64,000 bases of DNA from positions 30,303 to 94,302 of the forward strand of contig JAFRTG010000031.1 in NCBI GenBank assembly GCA_017427265.1, written 5' to 3'. A program made the translations under genes and the position numbers. Positions 26,385 through 39,500 of this stretch are shown piece after piece (within the stretch, counting starts at the first letter, position 1; each line of letters opens with the position of its first letter). Source of the DNA: Oscillospiraceae bacterium. Lineage in GTDB: Bacteria > Bacillota > Clostridia > Oscillospirales > Ruminococcaceae. Under the pieces are notes generated by a model. That model was not told the DNA's origin and ran no database searches. It was given only the letters and a program-made list of their open reading frames with translations.

Positions 26385-27467
26385 TTACATTCTCCTTGTC
26401 ATTGTCGGATTTGGTCTTTGATTCTCGCGCTGATGAATCGCCGGTTCATGCTGCTGCGTTTCGAGATGTGCGTCCGGATTGCTGGTCTTGAAAACAAGCA
26501 GCTCGTTCCAGTCTTTGAAGCCTTGCTTGTCAAGCTGTTCGATCACACCTTTCGGACGGACGAAACCGTTTTCCTTTTCAAACCGCCGACCGGCATCATC
26601 ATTATCGACGCAAGAGAAGATTTCCACACCCTGCGCTTGCAGAGCTTTCGGAACAGTCGGTTTTAGTCCCGCCATTGAAACCAGCACCGCCCCCTCCAGC
26701 TTTTTCTTGTCACAGAATTTGTAAAAGCTCATGAGATCAATCGCAGACTCAAAAATATAGGCGCGGCGAATGTTACCATCACGCGCAGGGACGGGACTGA
26801 ACATGAATGCGCTGTCACCTGTTCCGGCAGCTATGCCCTTGAATCTTTTGAATGAATTAAGTCCTTGAAGCTCTGCGCCAATCACATTTCCGTCAGCGTC
26901 TTTGTGAACGAAAACCGCATTTGCATTGCGATATGTTTTTGTTTCGCCGCTTGCAGTTTTCGCTGTTGTCATGCGCTCCGACTGATACAGCAGACCGGCG
27001 TGTACCAATTCCTCTACGATTTCCGCAGGAATCTTTCTCGACTGACACATATACGCGAAAAGCTGCCGCATATTTTTCGACTGTTCCGGCATCTCCAATT
27101 CTTTTTTCTCCGGTGCTGGACGGTCAAGTTTTGGCGGCGCGGTATACTGCGGCTTGTATTCGCCGCTGTGTTCATATGACCTCGCAGCCGTCACATCCCG
27201 TCCGGTCAATTCAAAGACTGCTTGCTTGAAATCTCTGCCCAGCACTTTCGTCAGACAGTCAATCGCGCTGCTGCCGCCCTCTCCGGTATAATGATGAAAC
27301 CAGAGATGTTTTTCCGGATTGATACACAGTCCTGCAAATTCTTTGATGTAATATTCTGCACCTTTGCGCTGAACAGTATATCCGCTGCTGCGGAAATAAT
27401 CCAGCAGACTTGCTTTGCGTGCTTCCTCGCTTAAACGCTTGAATTCGTCATTGTTCATGTTCTTCAC
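26385..27467 (-). CDS. DUF3991-Toprim domain protein (conjugative primase-like)
   Basis: 360 aa. Toprim Glu (IFESAIDLMS) and DxD (VDNDDAG). The N-terminal part resembles DUF3991 (recalled from memory). Confidence 0.75.
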   Translation of the reverse strand: MKNMNNDEFKRLSEEARKASLLDYFRSSGYTVQRKGAEYYIKEFAGLCINPEKHLWFHHYTGEGGSSAIDCLTKVLGRDFKQAVFELTGRDVTAARSYEHSGEYKPQYTAPPKLDRPAPEKKELEMPEQSKNMRQLFAYMCQSRKIPAEIVEELVHAGLLYQSERMTTAKTASGETKTYRNANAVFVHKDADGNVIGAELQGLNSFKRFKGIAAGTGDSAFMFSPVPARDGNIRRAYIFESAIDLMSFYKFCDKKKLEGAVLVSMAGLKPTVPKALQAQGVEIFSCVDNDDAGRRFEKENGFVRPKGVIEQLDKQGFKDWNELLVFKTSNPDAHLETQQHEPAIHQRENQRPNPTMTRRM

Positions 27468-27521
27468 CTCATGGAAAGGAAAATGCCCTCACGATAATCG
27501 CAAGGGCATTCCCTGTTCGAT

Positions 27522-30500
27522 TTACATTCGCGGCGCGACCGGCGGCAGCGTTTCGCTGTCCGTGTTCGGATTCAGATCGTTGTTGTCATCGTCATCATCG
27601 GTCTTAAAGAAACTTTCACGCGCTGTCCGTTCAGCATCGGTTTCTTCAACCGGCACTTCATCCGGATCAAGAATTGCCGCTTCCATTTCTGTAATGCCGA
27701 GAAGTTCTGCTTCGACCTTTTCCAATTCCGCCTGTGCATCCGCAAGCTCTTGTTCGTGCGGAAATGTCTGTTCAGCGCGTTCCGCAGCCTGAACCATATC
27801 CGCTTCCAGCTTTTCAATTCTGCTTTCGCATTTCGATTTTTCATTCGGAACACCGTTGCCTAGCAGATTCATGAGTCGCTGTGCATTGTCGCTCTTTTCG
27901 TTGAATTCAGCCGCTGCGCGATACGCGACCGGACTCTCACCCTGAACGACAAAGGCGAAGTCCTGCTGCGAACCGTTCATCTGAATCGTCACAGAAAAAT
28001 CTCCGATCTGGAATGCGGGGAGATCGTCAAACGGATTTTTCTGTTTCTGATACAGCAAACTGTGCAGATATTGATTGATGTCCTCACGCTTTGTCAGCGT
28101 TTTGCCCATCGCTGTCCTGACAGTCAGACCGTCGATCTTGCCTTCCGGATTTCTCATTCGGTCAACCGCTACAATGTCTTTCTCAATATCGGTGATGCGT
28201 TCGCGGAGTGAAGCGATCTCACTCGGAATGGTTGCGATCTTGCTGCGCATCTCTCCGGTTTCACGCTGGAATTCTGCTTTTGCAAATTGCAACTCGGAAA
28301 TTTTCATGCCTAGCTCGATACGCTTCCGGAAATTCGGATTGCCCTCTGCCGCAGCTTGCATCTCGCCGTAAGTGAGAACCTTATCGTCACAATCTTCGGA
28401 CACACGAGCCGGTGTTTCATCATCAAGAAGCTGCGCGATGAATCTTGCCTTGTCCGTAACAATCTGATACAGATAGCTGTCCATTGTGCCTTGCGTGATG
28501 TAATTGAAAATCTGAACCTCGCTGAATGTGTTGCCTTGACGAAGTATTCTTCCTTCGCGTTGTTCCAGATCGCTTGGCTTCCACGGCACATCGACATGAT
28601 GCACTGCGGCAAGACGCTCCTGAACATTCGCGCCTGTTCCCAGCGTACCGGTTGATGCAATGACAACACGATATTTACCCGCGTTAATATCACGGAAAAT
28701 ATCTTCACGGTTTTTCGCTTCGGACTTCGGCGCATAAATGATTTCGTCTGCTGGAATCCCTTTTGCAATCAGTTCCTTGCGGATGTAGTCGTAAACAGAG
28801 AAGTTTCCGTCATCGGAATTGACAGCCACATCGGAGAAGATGATCTGTACGCCTTTCTGTTCTGTTGTTTCCGCGTAAATCTCTGCGACCTTATCCACGC
28901 ACGCATCGACCTTACTCGTCTTTGCATCCTCAAAGCCCTCCGGCACTTCGAGCTGGTGCTTTCTCATCAGAGCAGCGACGGCAGAATTGCAAAGACCGGT
29001 CAAACGCGCTTCACTTGTAATGACGAGCATATTGTCGTTACGCGGATCGACTCTGCCTTCGGAAATTAGCCGTGCTCGTTCGACGAGCATCTTGACGAAA
29101 TCTTTTTGCTCCGGAGATGCTTGCACAGTAACAATTTGCGGCTTGCCGGTCTTGAGCTTCGGACGCGGAAGATCGAGCTTTTTTGCAGACTGAATGTCCG
29201 CAAACTCTTTATACATCTGCATCAGTTCCGGAAGATTTGCAAACTTTGCAAAGGTTGTTTTCAGTTTCAGCTCACCGGTCGCACTTTGCTTATGCTGTGT
29301 GGTGACTTTTCCGAATGTCGCTGCCCAATCGTCAAAGCGTTCGACTCCCGCAGCAGCCAGCAAATCGGGACGGAGATAGCGGAGCATGACATAGAGTTCC
29401 GTCATCGAATTACTGACGGGCGTTCCCGTACAAAAAAGCAGATGACCTTGACCAAGTTGTTCGTTGAAGTAGTCACATTTCATTTGCATATCCTGCGCTC
29501 TGCCGGATGCGGAAGTTGTTACGCCGGAAACATTGCCCATTTTCGTTTGAACGAAGCCGTTTTTGAAATTGTGTGCCTCGTCAACAACAAGGTAATCAAA
29601 GCCGAGCTGTTCAAAGTCAAGCAGAATGTCTTTGCCTTTCTGTTTCGACTTCGGATTCATGATACTGTCAAGACGAGCTTTCAGTTTTTTCTTTGCACCC
29701 TCGATCTGTTTTGTTGTCGCGTCTTTCCGATTGCCGTTTGCATTTCGCGTTTCGCGGAGCATATCTTCCAACTCATCGAGCTGCCTTAACAGATACGCTT
29801 TCTGAAATTCCAACGACATGGGCATCTTTTCAAACTGTTCCATTGAAACGATAACCGCATCATAATCGCCGGTAGCGACACGAGCTGCAAACTGATCGCG
29901 CTTTGCTTCGGACGAGAGATCAGCCGCCGACATGGTCAGCAATCTTGCATCCGGATAGAGCTTTCTCCATTCACGCGCCGTCTGTTCGACCAGCGGCTTC
30001 GGAACGACCACGCAAGCCTTGTTAATCAGACCGAGCTGCTTTTTCTTCATGACCGCTGTCTGGAATACAGCGGACTTTCCTGCGCCGACAACATGAGCTG
30101 CCAGCGTATTGCCGCCGTATACCGCACGCGCAACACAGTCACGCTGATGCGGACGGAGAGAGAATGATGCAGATTGTCCGTCGAATGTCAGATGTGAACC
30201 GTCATACTTGCGACCAACCAGCGAATTGAACAGATCGTTATATCTGCGTTCGTATTTCGCTCTCCGCGCCGGATCAGCAAAAATCCATTCCGCAAACTTT
30301 TCTTCGATCAGCTTCGCTTTCTCCATTGCTTTTTTCGTTTCGACCGGATCGGTGCGTGTAACTGTTTTACTTGCGTCTTTCGGTGAAGGCACGGTCATCA
30401 TGACAGCAATGCGCCGCTGGTTCAGGAGCTTCTGCGCGATCTCATACATTGTCAATTTGTCTGTTCCGTATGTTGTCCCTTCGTTCACATTGATGTCCTT

Positions 30501-33500
30501 GCGGCTTCCTGCTTGCATAATGTCAAATTCGCCGGTCACAGGAGAATACTTCACTTCGCAGCGCGTATCCCACGACCGTCTACCGGAAAGTTCTTGCAGA
30601 AATTTCGTGTAATCTTCCGCATCAATCCACGGGCATCCCATACGGACAGCAATTTCCTCTGCATGAATATCATCCGGAATTACCTCTTGCAGCGCGTCAA
30701 CATTTCGCTGGAAGTCCGGATTATTTTTTGCCATTTCCTGCGCATACGCCAGCTTGCGCCGTACATTGCCGGACAGGTATTCGGCACGCTCCACGATACC
30801 GGAGAATTCTTCTCCTGCGATTTCCTTTTCCGGATCAATGAACACCATGCCTTTTTCCAGCAGTTCTGCCTGAACCTGTTTTGTCAATTCTGTAAAAGGT
30901 GTGTCCGGATATTGCGCTTGCAGCAGCGTCGCCATATACGGAATGTTCGGCTTGCCGCGCCGGTCAAGTGAAACCTGATAGGCTTCCTCAAGCGTTTCAA
31001 CCGCTGTGATCTCCATGACAGGATTGACCGTGCGCTTATTGAAGATTTCTGCCTTGTGATATGTTTTTGTATCGGAGTCGTATTCTTCCAGAGATTGCAG
31101 CAAAGCATAATCGGCATCCGCGCCGAAAGCCTTTTTGACTGCATCGGAATTGAGCTGACCGTATTTTGCAACAAATTCGTCATACTGCCGGTTCAAGTGT
31201 TCCCGCAGCGGTATCAGCGCAAAATCCTCGACTGCTGTTTTCTGTTTGTCGATCAACTGTCTTGTCAGGATGCGCAGCTCAATCAACCTTTTCAGCCGGT
31301 CAATTTCCGCAGCCGAGCCGGTGATCTGCCGCATCGTCTTTCCTTCGTTGTAGTATAATTTGCCTTCTTTTTCCTGATAGGTAAACTGTTTACCCCACGG
31401 CTGAATAAATCCGCGCCGTTCCTGCGCAGCCTTTTCCCGTTTTGTGACTGTGATTTTCGCGTTAAGCTGTTTTACAGCAGCGGCAAGCTGCTTTTTCAGG
31501 TCTGCACCTTCAATCGGATCACAGGTCAGCCGGTCAAAATGGCTTGTCTGCCGCATTGTTCCGAGCATCATCTGCGGATTCTGCACGAAATAGGAATTGA
31601 TACGCATATCCGGATTCTCATCAGAAATCGGCGCGACATAGCACCAGTCCGGTTTCGGTGCATCCGGCGACAGCGGTTCAGCGCGTTTTTGCAGGAAGAT
31701 AATATCCGTCGATACGCCAGTACCCGCATCGGAGAAAGCAGTATTCGGCAATCTGATTGCGCCGATCAAATCAGCGTGCGTCGCAAGGTACTCACGCACC
31801 TTCGGATTCTTCTTGTCAAGCGTACCGGTTGAAGTCACGAATGCGACTACGCCGCCAGCAGCAACCTTGTCAAGAGCTTTCCGGAAGAATGCGTCATGAA
31901 TCAGCCAGTCCTGCGTATAGTCCGGATCGTTCATTTTATAGTCACCGAACGGCACATTCCCGATGACGAGATCAAAGCTGTTATCTTCCTGACCGCTTCG
32001 CTCGAATGCGCTGTGCATGATTGTAACATTTGAATTATCTGCATTCAGGCGCATAGCGATCTGTGCTGTAATGTCATCGAGTTCCACGCCGACCACACCG
32101 GCATTGCCGATACTGTGCGGCATTCTTGTGATAAAGTTTCCTGTTCCGCAAGCCGGTTCCAATACTCTGGAATCACGCGGAAGCCCCATGCTCTGAATTG
32201 CGGAATACATTGCATCAATGACAATCTGCGGCGTATAGTGCGCGTCCGTCGAGCTTGCTTTTGCAGATGCGTATTCTTCCGGAGTCAGCAGCTTTTGCAG
32301 CTCTGCACGCAGCTCCGCGTACCGTCCGGACTTTGCATCAAACACCTGACTCAAACCGCCCCAGCCGGAATATTTACGCAGCCTTTCATCGGAATTCTCC
32401 CTGCAATGCCATTGATTGCGTCTTGGATCGTAAAGCGGTTCTCCTGCCGCTTCGCAGCGTGCTAATCTGTGCAGTTCACGGATAGCTTCGATGTTGTCGC
32501 GTACCTTTTGCAGCGGAGCTTTTGCATAGACGATTTCCGGCAGCGAATCCGGCACAGGCGGCAGTTCTGACTTGCCCCTTGCGGAAACTGCATATTTTCT
32601 GCCGTTTGCGTCCTCTACTCTGTGTCCGCGCCGTCTTTCCGTTTCTACGAACCGTTGCAGTATCTCGGTGCATTCAGTCGGACTAATCTGATCGTTGTCA
32701 CCCCAATAGGGCTGTTCACCGAGCTGCTTATCCGAGCCGTCTGCATAAGTCTCAAAAATACCAACCTCACGCGATCCTGTAAAACGAAGATCGAGCGCAC
32801 CAAGCCCATGTTCTTCCGAAAAATCGTTCAGAATGCCGCGCAGATGCGCATTTTCATCTGTCCTGACCGGTTCTTCCGGTTCTGCAACATCCTGAATCTC
32901 GTCCTTATCCGGCACAAGCACGATTTCCTCACCGAGCCGGTCATGATACCGCGTCAGCGTCCGGTCAGCAAACTGCGCGTTTTTGAGGTTTTGCAGGAAA
33001 GTCTGTTCCAGTGATGCTTGCAGCTTCGTGTCTACGCGCCCGTTCTCGTCAGCGACTTCCACATAGTATGTTCCATGCGGCGGCACGCCGTCCTGCTGGA
33101 ACGAGAATACATGACAGGTCTTTTCATCATGATCGAGCAGGAATGTAATGTCCGGATCGGACAAAGCGTCGCCGTTTTGATAATAGTAGGTCGTAAACGC
33201 ATACATCCCATCACCGATCATTTGAACAGACAACGGCTCATATCCGCTGTTTTCGTCTGCTTCATAGTGTTCGTGCGTATGCTCTCCGCTGATAATCTGC
33301 GGATACATCTCCGAAAGGAGCTTGTAGAGTTCTTCCGGTCGTGTCAGCCGTCCGCGCCGCCTTGCCGGTTCTTCCGGTTCGGATTGTTTATCCGTGTCGT
33401 TTTCAGGATTGACATTTGTGTCAACCTTTTCCGATTCGGCTTCCGCTGTCGCTTGTGGCTCAACTCTTTGGAAATCACCGCTATTGATAAACTCCTGTGC

Positions 33501-36500
33501 AACAAAGGTCACGCGGGAAACAAGTCTCGGCGCATTTTCCAGAGCTGTATCTTTCAGCGTGATGAAACTGTCCATATCAAGGCTTTCGACTTCATATTCC
33601 TTGCCTTTGTAAATCAGGTGATCTCCCACCGCAAGCTCCGGTGCAGAATGTTCGGGATTGACATTTGTGTCAACTTCCGGAGCAATGCTTGTTTCAGGCA
33701 TCTTCGCTGCCGCTGCATCCGCAAGCTGCTGCACGACCGATGCCTTTACAACGCTGATCGGAGCATTCCCGGCTTCATTCAGCAACATTTCTTTCCAGTT
33801 TCCGATTCTGCTGCCGGTGTTTCCGGTTTCGTCTGAACGCAGATCAATCTTGAAATCGCCGTCAATCGCTGTTACAGTGTAGTTTCCGTTCGGTAGTCCG
33901 ATAGAATCACCGACCGCCAGCTCGTCCAGTACACGCCGGTTCTCGTCCCGCACAAAGGTGATGAGATTTGACAGCGGTTTACCGTCCGCAATCTGCGGCG
34001 GCTGTTTATCAATCTGCTGATCTGCATTCTGTGCATCAGAAGTCAGGTTTACATGATATTTGCCTTCAGCGATGATTGCAAACGCCTTTTCGGTTTTTTC
34101 TTCGTCACCGAGAATCTCATACAATGCTCGTTTGATGTGATTGATCTTCGGTCTGTTGTCGCCTTTTTCCCAATCAGCCATTCTTGCCCCGTCAAATGCT
34201 GTAATCAAATCACGCATCTGTTCATCGGTCATTTCGGGGAATGCTTCGTGCAGATCATCGCGCACCCACCAGAACGCGAGGTCGTTGAATTCCTCGTGAA
34301 TATGGTCAAGAAACGCCTGCCCGATTTCTTCAAACGACACATTTCTCTCAATTCCGTTGAAATAGCAACTGTAACCGTCCGCTGTTCTCTGCGTTTCCAG
34401 CGTGTGACGCTCACTCTCCGGATGATAGAATGTTCTGCCCGAAATCTTGCCTTCTTCAAAGACAAATTCAATACGCGAAGTGCCGCTTCCTTCCAGCAGT
34501 CCAAGTGCCAGCTCACGCCGAATATCCTCGCCGTCATGGAAGCGGCGTGCAAGATCGTACAAAGCCGATTCGCTTAAATGATACCCGAACGCGGCTTTAT
34601 CACTCGGCTGATGTTTGTCGAGATAGCCGCGATCATAAAGCGGATACGCCAGATCTTCCCATTCGTCCGAAGAAAGCGTGCGATCTGCGAGAAATCCGGC
34701 AAGGTCTGCGTTTCGGAAATCGGCTGCATCAGCTTTCTGCGTCATTTTACGCTGAACATCAGCACGCTGTTCGCTTGTCAGATGTACGAGATCATCGAAG
34801 CTCATATCCTCAAGACCGTGTTCCACCATATCTTCCAATGATGCAAACTGCATGACCGCTGCATCCAGACCGGCATACTGCGTAACAATCCGGAAGTTTT
34901 GGAGATCAGCATACACCTGAATTTCTGCTTCTGTGTCCTCGTCAGTCGTATATGCAAGATTCACATGGGAAAGATCATTGAAATCTGCTTCGCTATTGTA
35001 TTCAGCCACGCAGAAATCGTTGATAAGGTTCACGGCACGGTCAAAGAGCATATCCGAAATGTATTCCTCAAAGCCGTTTTCAGCAGCTCTGCGGCTGGAA
35101 TAACCGGTCTGATCTTCGATCTTTGAACCGCGAATCTCAATATCGAATGTTCCTTCGGGGTTCGCAACGATAAAATAACGATCTCCGTTCATCGTTTCCG
35201 TAGCGTAGACGGTCGGTTCTCCGTCATCATTTTCTGTTTCCGAGATCGGTGTCCATACTCTTGCTGCCGTCTGTTCGTTCTGCGTTTCCTGCGGACTGTT
35301 TTTCAGGGCTTCTGCGATATAACCGCGAATCTCAGCCGCCTGTGTCGGAGAATAATTAGAAGCATGATACCGGTCAAAGAATTCCTGCGCACTGATTTTC
35401 ATACCCTCGCTGTCAAAAAGTACCATACCGGCGATTTCATAGCTGTCCATTTGCCGGTTTGTATCTCTGTTGAGATAGCGATTTTTCAGGGCTTCTACCG
35501 TCAGCGGTTCACTGACCGCCGCAGCTTGCTTTTGCCCGTCTGCCGGAAAGTCCTCTGAATGGAAGATGACCGACTTTTCGTATTTTGCAATGGTCTGATC
35601 GGCGGGAAGTCTATCACCGATGATCTGAACGAGCTGTGTCGGATTCGCTGTCTGCATAATCCGCATCAGCTTTTCCGTATCCGGCAGCGCGTTCCATTGC
35701 TCCGTAAACTTTGCAAGCTGCCGCGCTGCTTCCGCTTCAATCCGTTTCCTGTTAGAATCGGAAACTTCTGCGTAATACTGCACATTGCCTTCTTCGGAGA
35801 TATGTGCAACCGTCAGATAGTCAGAGGAATGCGGCTGCGTCCGTGCCGTGTCATAGACCGTGATGCCGTTTCCAAGCAGACCAAATTCGATAGTCGATTC
35901 CGGTTCTGTTTCAGCAAGCTGCGCCGGTTCATCATCGTGCAGCGCGGGAAGCGGAGCTTCTGTGTGAACGGTCAATGTCTGGAAAGGGCTGTTTGCATAG
36001 ACTTCATCGCTGAATACGCCGCTGGTAGGAAAATCGCCGTCATAGACTTCGACTTTGTGTTCATGCTGATTCAGAATCGCATATCCGATTGCTTTGCCGT
36101 CCCATATCGCTTCATTTCCTGCATCCTGCGCATCTTCCAGCCTGTCAAAAGTATCGCCTAGCTGCACATCCGGCACATTCAGCATCAGAATATAACGCGG
36201 CTTCGGCTTTTCTGCTTTCGGTTCGCTTGATACTGTCAGTTGCTCTGCACGGTCAACAAACCGGTACATATCAGCAAACAACCTGTCACGCTCTGCCGGA
36301 CTGTAAAGATTATAGGTATCCGTAATGGGATAGTCATTCTTATCAGACCACATTTCCGACTCAACAATGCCATTTCCGCGATAAGTGAATGTGAGTGACT
36401 GCGAATGACCGGAATAATTATCTCTGCGCTCGTGTCCGTCACTGTCCATACCGCCTTCATACTGCGAATAGCTGTCTGTCAGCGTGAAGCTCTCAACGGC

Positions 36501-39500
36501 AGCAAGGTCAATGGTCTGATCGGACTCCGGAATCTCAAAAACTGTTTTCACGGGCGGCAGTTCCGGCATGAAGCCCTTTCCAAAGCGTTCTGTCAGATAT
36601 GCGACAGAATCTGCGGTCAGATAGCAGTTGTTATCATATGCCGTCTGAATAACTTTCTGCACATCTGCAAGGTTCGCGTTTTCAGAAAGACGCGCATAGA
36701 ATACCTGCGTGTCAGCAATCAGCATATTCGTTTCACCGGTATCCTCAAAGGAATCTGTCCGAGCTGCGACCTTGATCGCGTTAAACCCCTGCGGATTGCC
36801 GGTAAACTGAATGTCGATCAGGTCATACTTGTGAGCAAAGAAGTCCGGCATGACTTCAAAGCCGACCGGTTGGACATAGTACGGTGTTCTGCCGCTGCCT
36901 TCGGTCACGACAACCACATCGCTGGTACTCATAGAACGCCCGAAGAAGTCGGCTGGATGATCTGTATTGAACTTTTCAAACAGCGCATTCAGTTTCTGCT
37001 GGACGGTATCGCCCTCAATGTCCCGCAGATCGCCGGAGTAAACGAGATCGTAATCATCCTGCGTCAGATGCGCGTACTTGTTGGATTCCATGCTCTCAAA
37101 GCGGTGATAATGATGTTCTTCGCCGGATTTCAACTGGTAGATTTCATAGGTGAAAGCCGGTTCAACGCTTTCTACTTCAAAGCCCATAGCCTGTACTTCA
37201 CGCAGTACAGCAGAGCTGTCTGCCATTCCGAAGTTGCGGATAATCAGATCATCTTCCCTGTCGCCGTCCGCCATAAGAAGATACCCCTGTTCCGCATCGA
37301 AGTGTAACCGATAGTTGTAAAAATCCTGCTTTCTTGCGTTCGTGATATATCCGCTTTCGTCAGAATCGCGTGTATCGTCCAGATACACATCGCGGTGATG
37401 ATCGAGCGCGTCAGCAGCTTCCAAATTTGCAGAAACCTCTCGCTCCGCAGCTTCTTCCCACTCCCGTTCCACATTGGCATCAAGCTGTGCTTCACGCTCC
37501 TGCGCTCTTTTCGCACGGAAAGCGTCCATTGCTTCCTGTGTGATTTCGATATGCTCCGCATCAGCCGACTGCAAGAATGCAATGTTATCTTCTAACTCCT
37601 GCCGCTTTTCAAGCGTCAGCTCCGAGCTTTCCAGTCTGCGCTGCATGGACTGGATTGCTTTGTCAATCTCACGCTGACGAATCGCAATAGATTCCGCATC
37701 CATTTCCGGTTCAGAGTTGCTACTTGTGTCAACTTTTTCATCTTCCGGCTGATCGAACAGCGTGTGCTGTCCCTGTCTGAAAGAAAGAAACTGCTGAAAC
37801 GCCGCCGACTGCTCCAGTTTTGCAAGTGCAGATTCCAGTACAGCTTCTGTGAAACGCGCTCCCTGCTCCAGCGTAAAGATACGCGCCTGAAATTCAACTG
37901 TTCTACCGTTCTTTATCAGGAGATCATAGGCTCTGCCTTCACCGGCATAGTCCTTATCCTTCTTGACAAACACATCCAGTCCATCAAGACCATACTTTGC
38001 AGAGAATGCTGCAAGCATTTCAGCTCTGCGCTCCTTGCTGATCGGCTTTTCCGGTTCGGTTGTGGGCGAATTCTGTGCAGAAATTTCAGATAACCTCTTG
38101 ACATTTTCATCCGTATATGTTATACTATCATCAAAGCAGAGAATGTCTGTCCACTTGGGAAATTGGATCCCTATGTCCGCAGACAGTTTCTCTGCTTTTT
38201 CTATGTTTACTGCAAGGATGTTTCCGTTTGAAAGCTCCCGTTGAATATAGTCACCTATGTTTTTCTTTCCATACACGGATGTGATATTGTTTACTTCGCT
38301 TCTTCGACCGGCTGCGTTCAGTTTCAGCGAAACCAGAAGATGATTTCCGTCCCGATCAATCAAATCAGTAATCACAGCCAATGATTCCGGTTTACTGCCC
38401 TTGAGAACAAAAATGGGATTACGCAATGCCGAAGGAAGCTGCTTTATTATATCGGGAGATAACTCATGCCCTTCCGTATGCACGCGACTTGCTTTTCCGG
38501 CTGCAAGACTGTTTTTCAAAACAGACTGCTTGATAATAATCGGTATTGCATCCGCACCAACAATCCGCAGACTATACGGCGTAGTACCTACGCGGAACAC
38601 TTCTTCCGAAGATATGCTGCCATTGATATAGGAATCAATCTTGCTGCTGAAATCTTCATCCTCTGCGGCATTGCGCTCAATCTTCTGCTGCTGTCCATGT
38701 GTCAGCGGCTTTGACTGCTGTTCCAGCACAACAAAACCGTCAGTCTGATCGGCTGACGGTTTCTCTGTCGGCGCAAACGCCTGTGCAATTTTATCGGTTA
38801 CGGAGTCGTGACTGCCAGATGCACGATGTCCCTGATCGTCGCGCTGTCCGTGTAGTGTGTCCTCGTCTGCTCCCATTCCAGAATCTTCTCGAAGCCGTGC
38901 GGACGGGGATTCGCTTCCATGTACTGCTCGTCCAGCCGGTTCCGGTATTCCCATGCTCTCTTGTCCACTGACCGCGCTACCGTCAGATAACGGTGATGAA
39001 ACTTCATCACTTCGACTTTCTCCGGATGATTGTCCTCCATCCACTGCATCCACATCATTCCGTAAGTCCCTATCGGTTCTTGCTGCATCGTCGGTTCTTC
39101 TTGTTCCGTCCGCATCTCGTATGTCCCGTTCTCCGGATTCACCTGATACCAGAATGTCACCCCGTACCGCTGTTCCGCTTTCATCAACGGGAGGAATAAT
39201 GTCTTGATGCCGTTCTCCGTTTCCTGCACCACTTCCCAGCCCAGCACGCCGTCCTTCCTCATCGCTCTGGACTGCGTCAGGAAGTTGTGCAGCATCTCCT
39301 TCGGGACTTCCGGCAGCTCCGCGTCCGGAATCTGCTGCATTTCCTCTGCCGCCAGCTTCTGAAATTCCTCGTACTTCATCCTGAACCATCCTTTCTGCTC
39401 TCTGTTTCTGCAAATCAGCAACTACCTGTTCGATTTGCTCCAGCGTGCGTTTTGTTACCGCCGCAGCCATTGTAATAAAGCCGATCTGCTGTTCTTCGGT

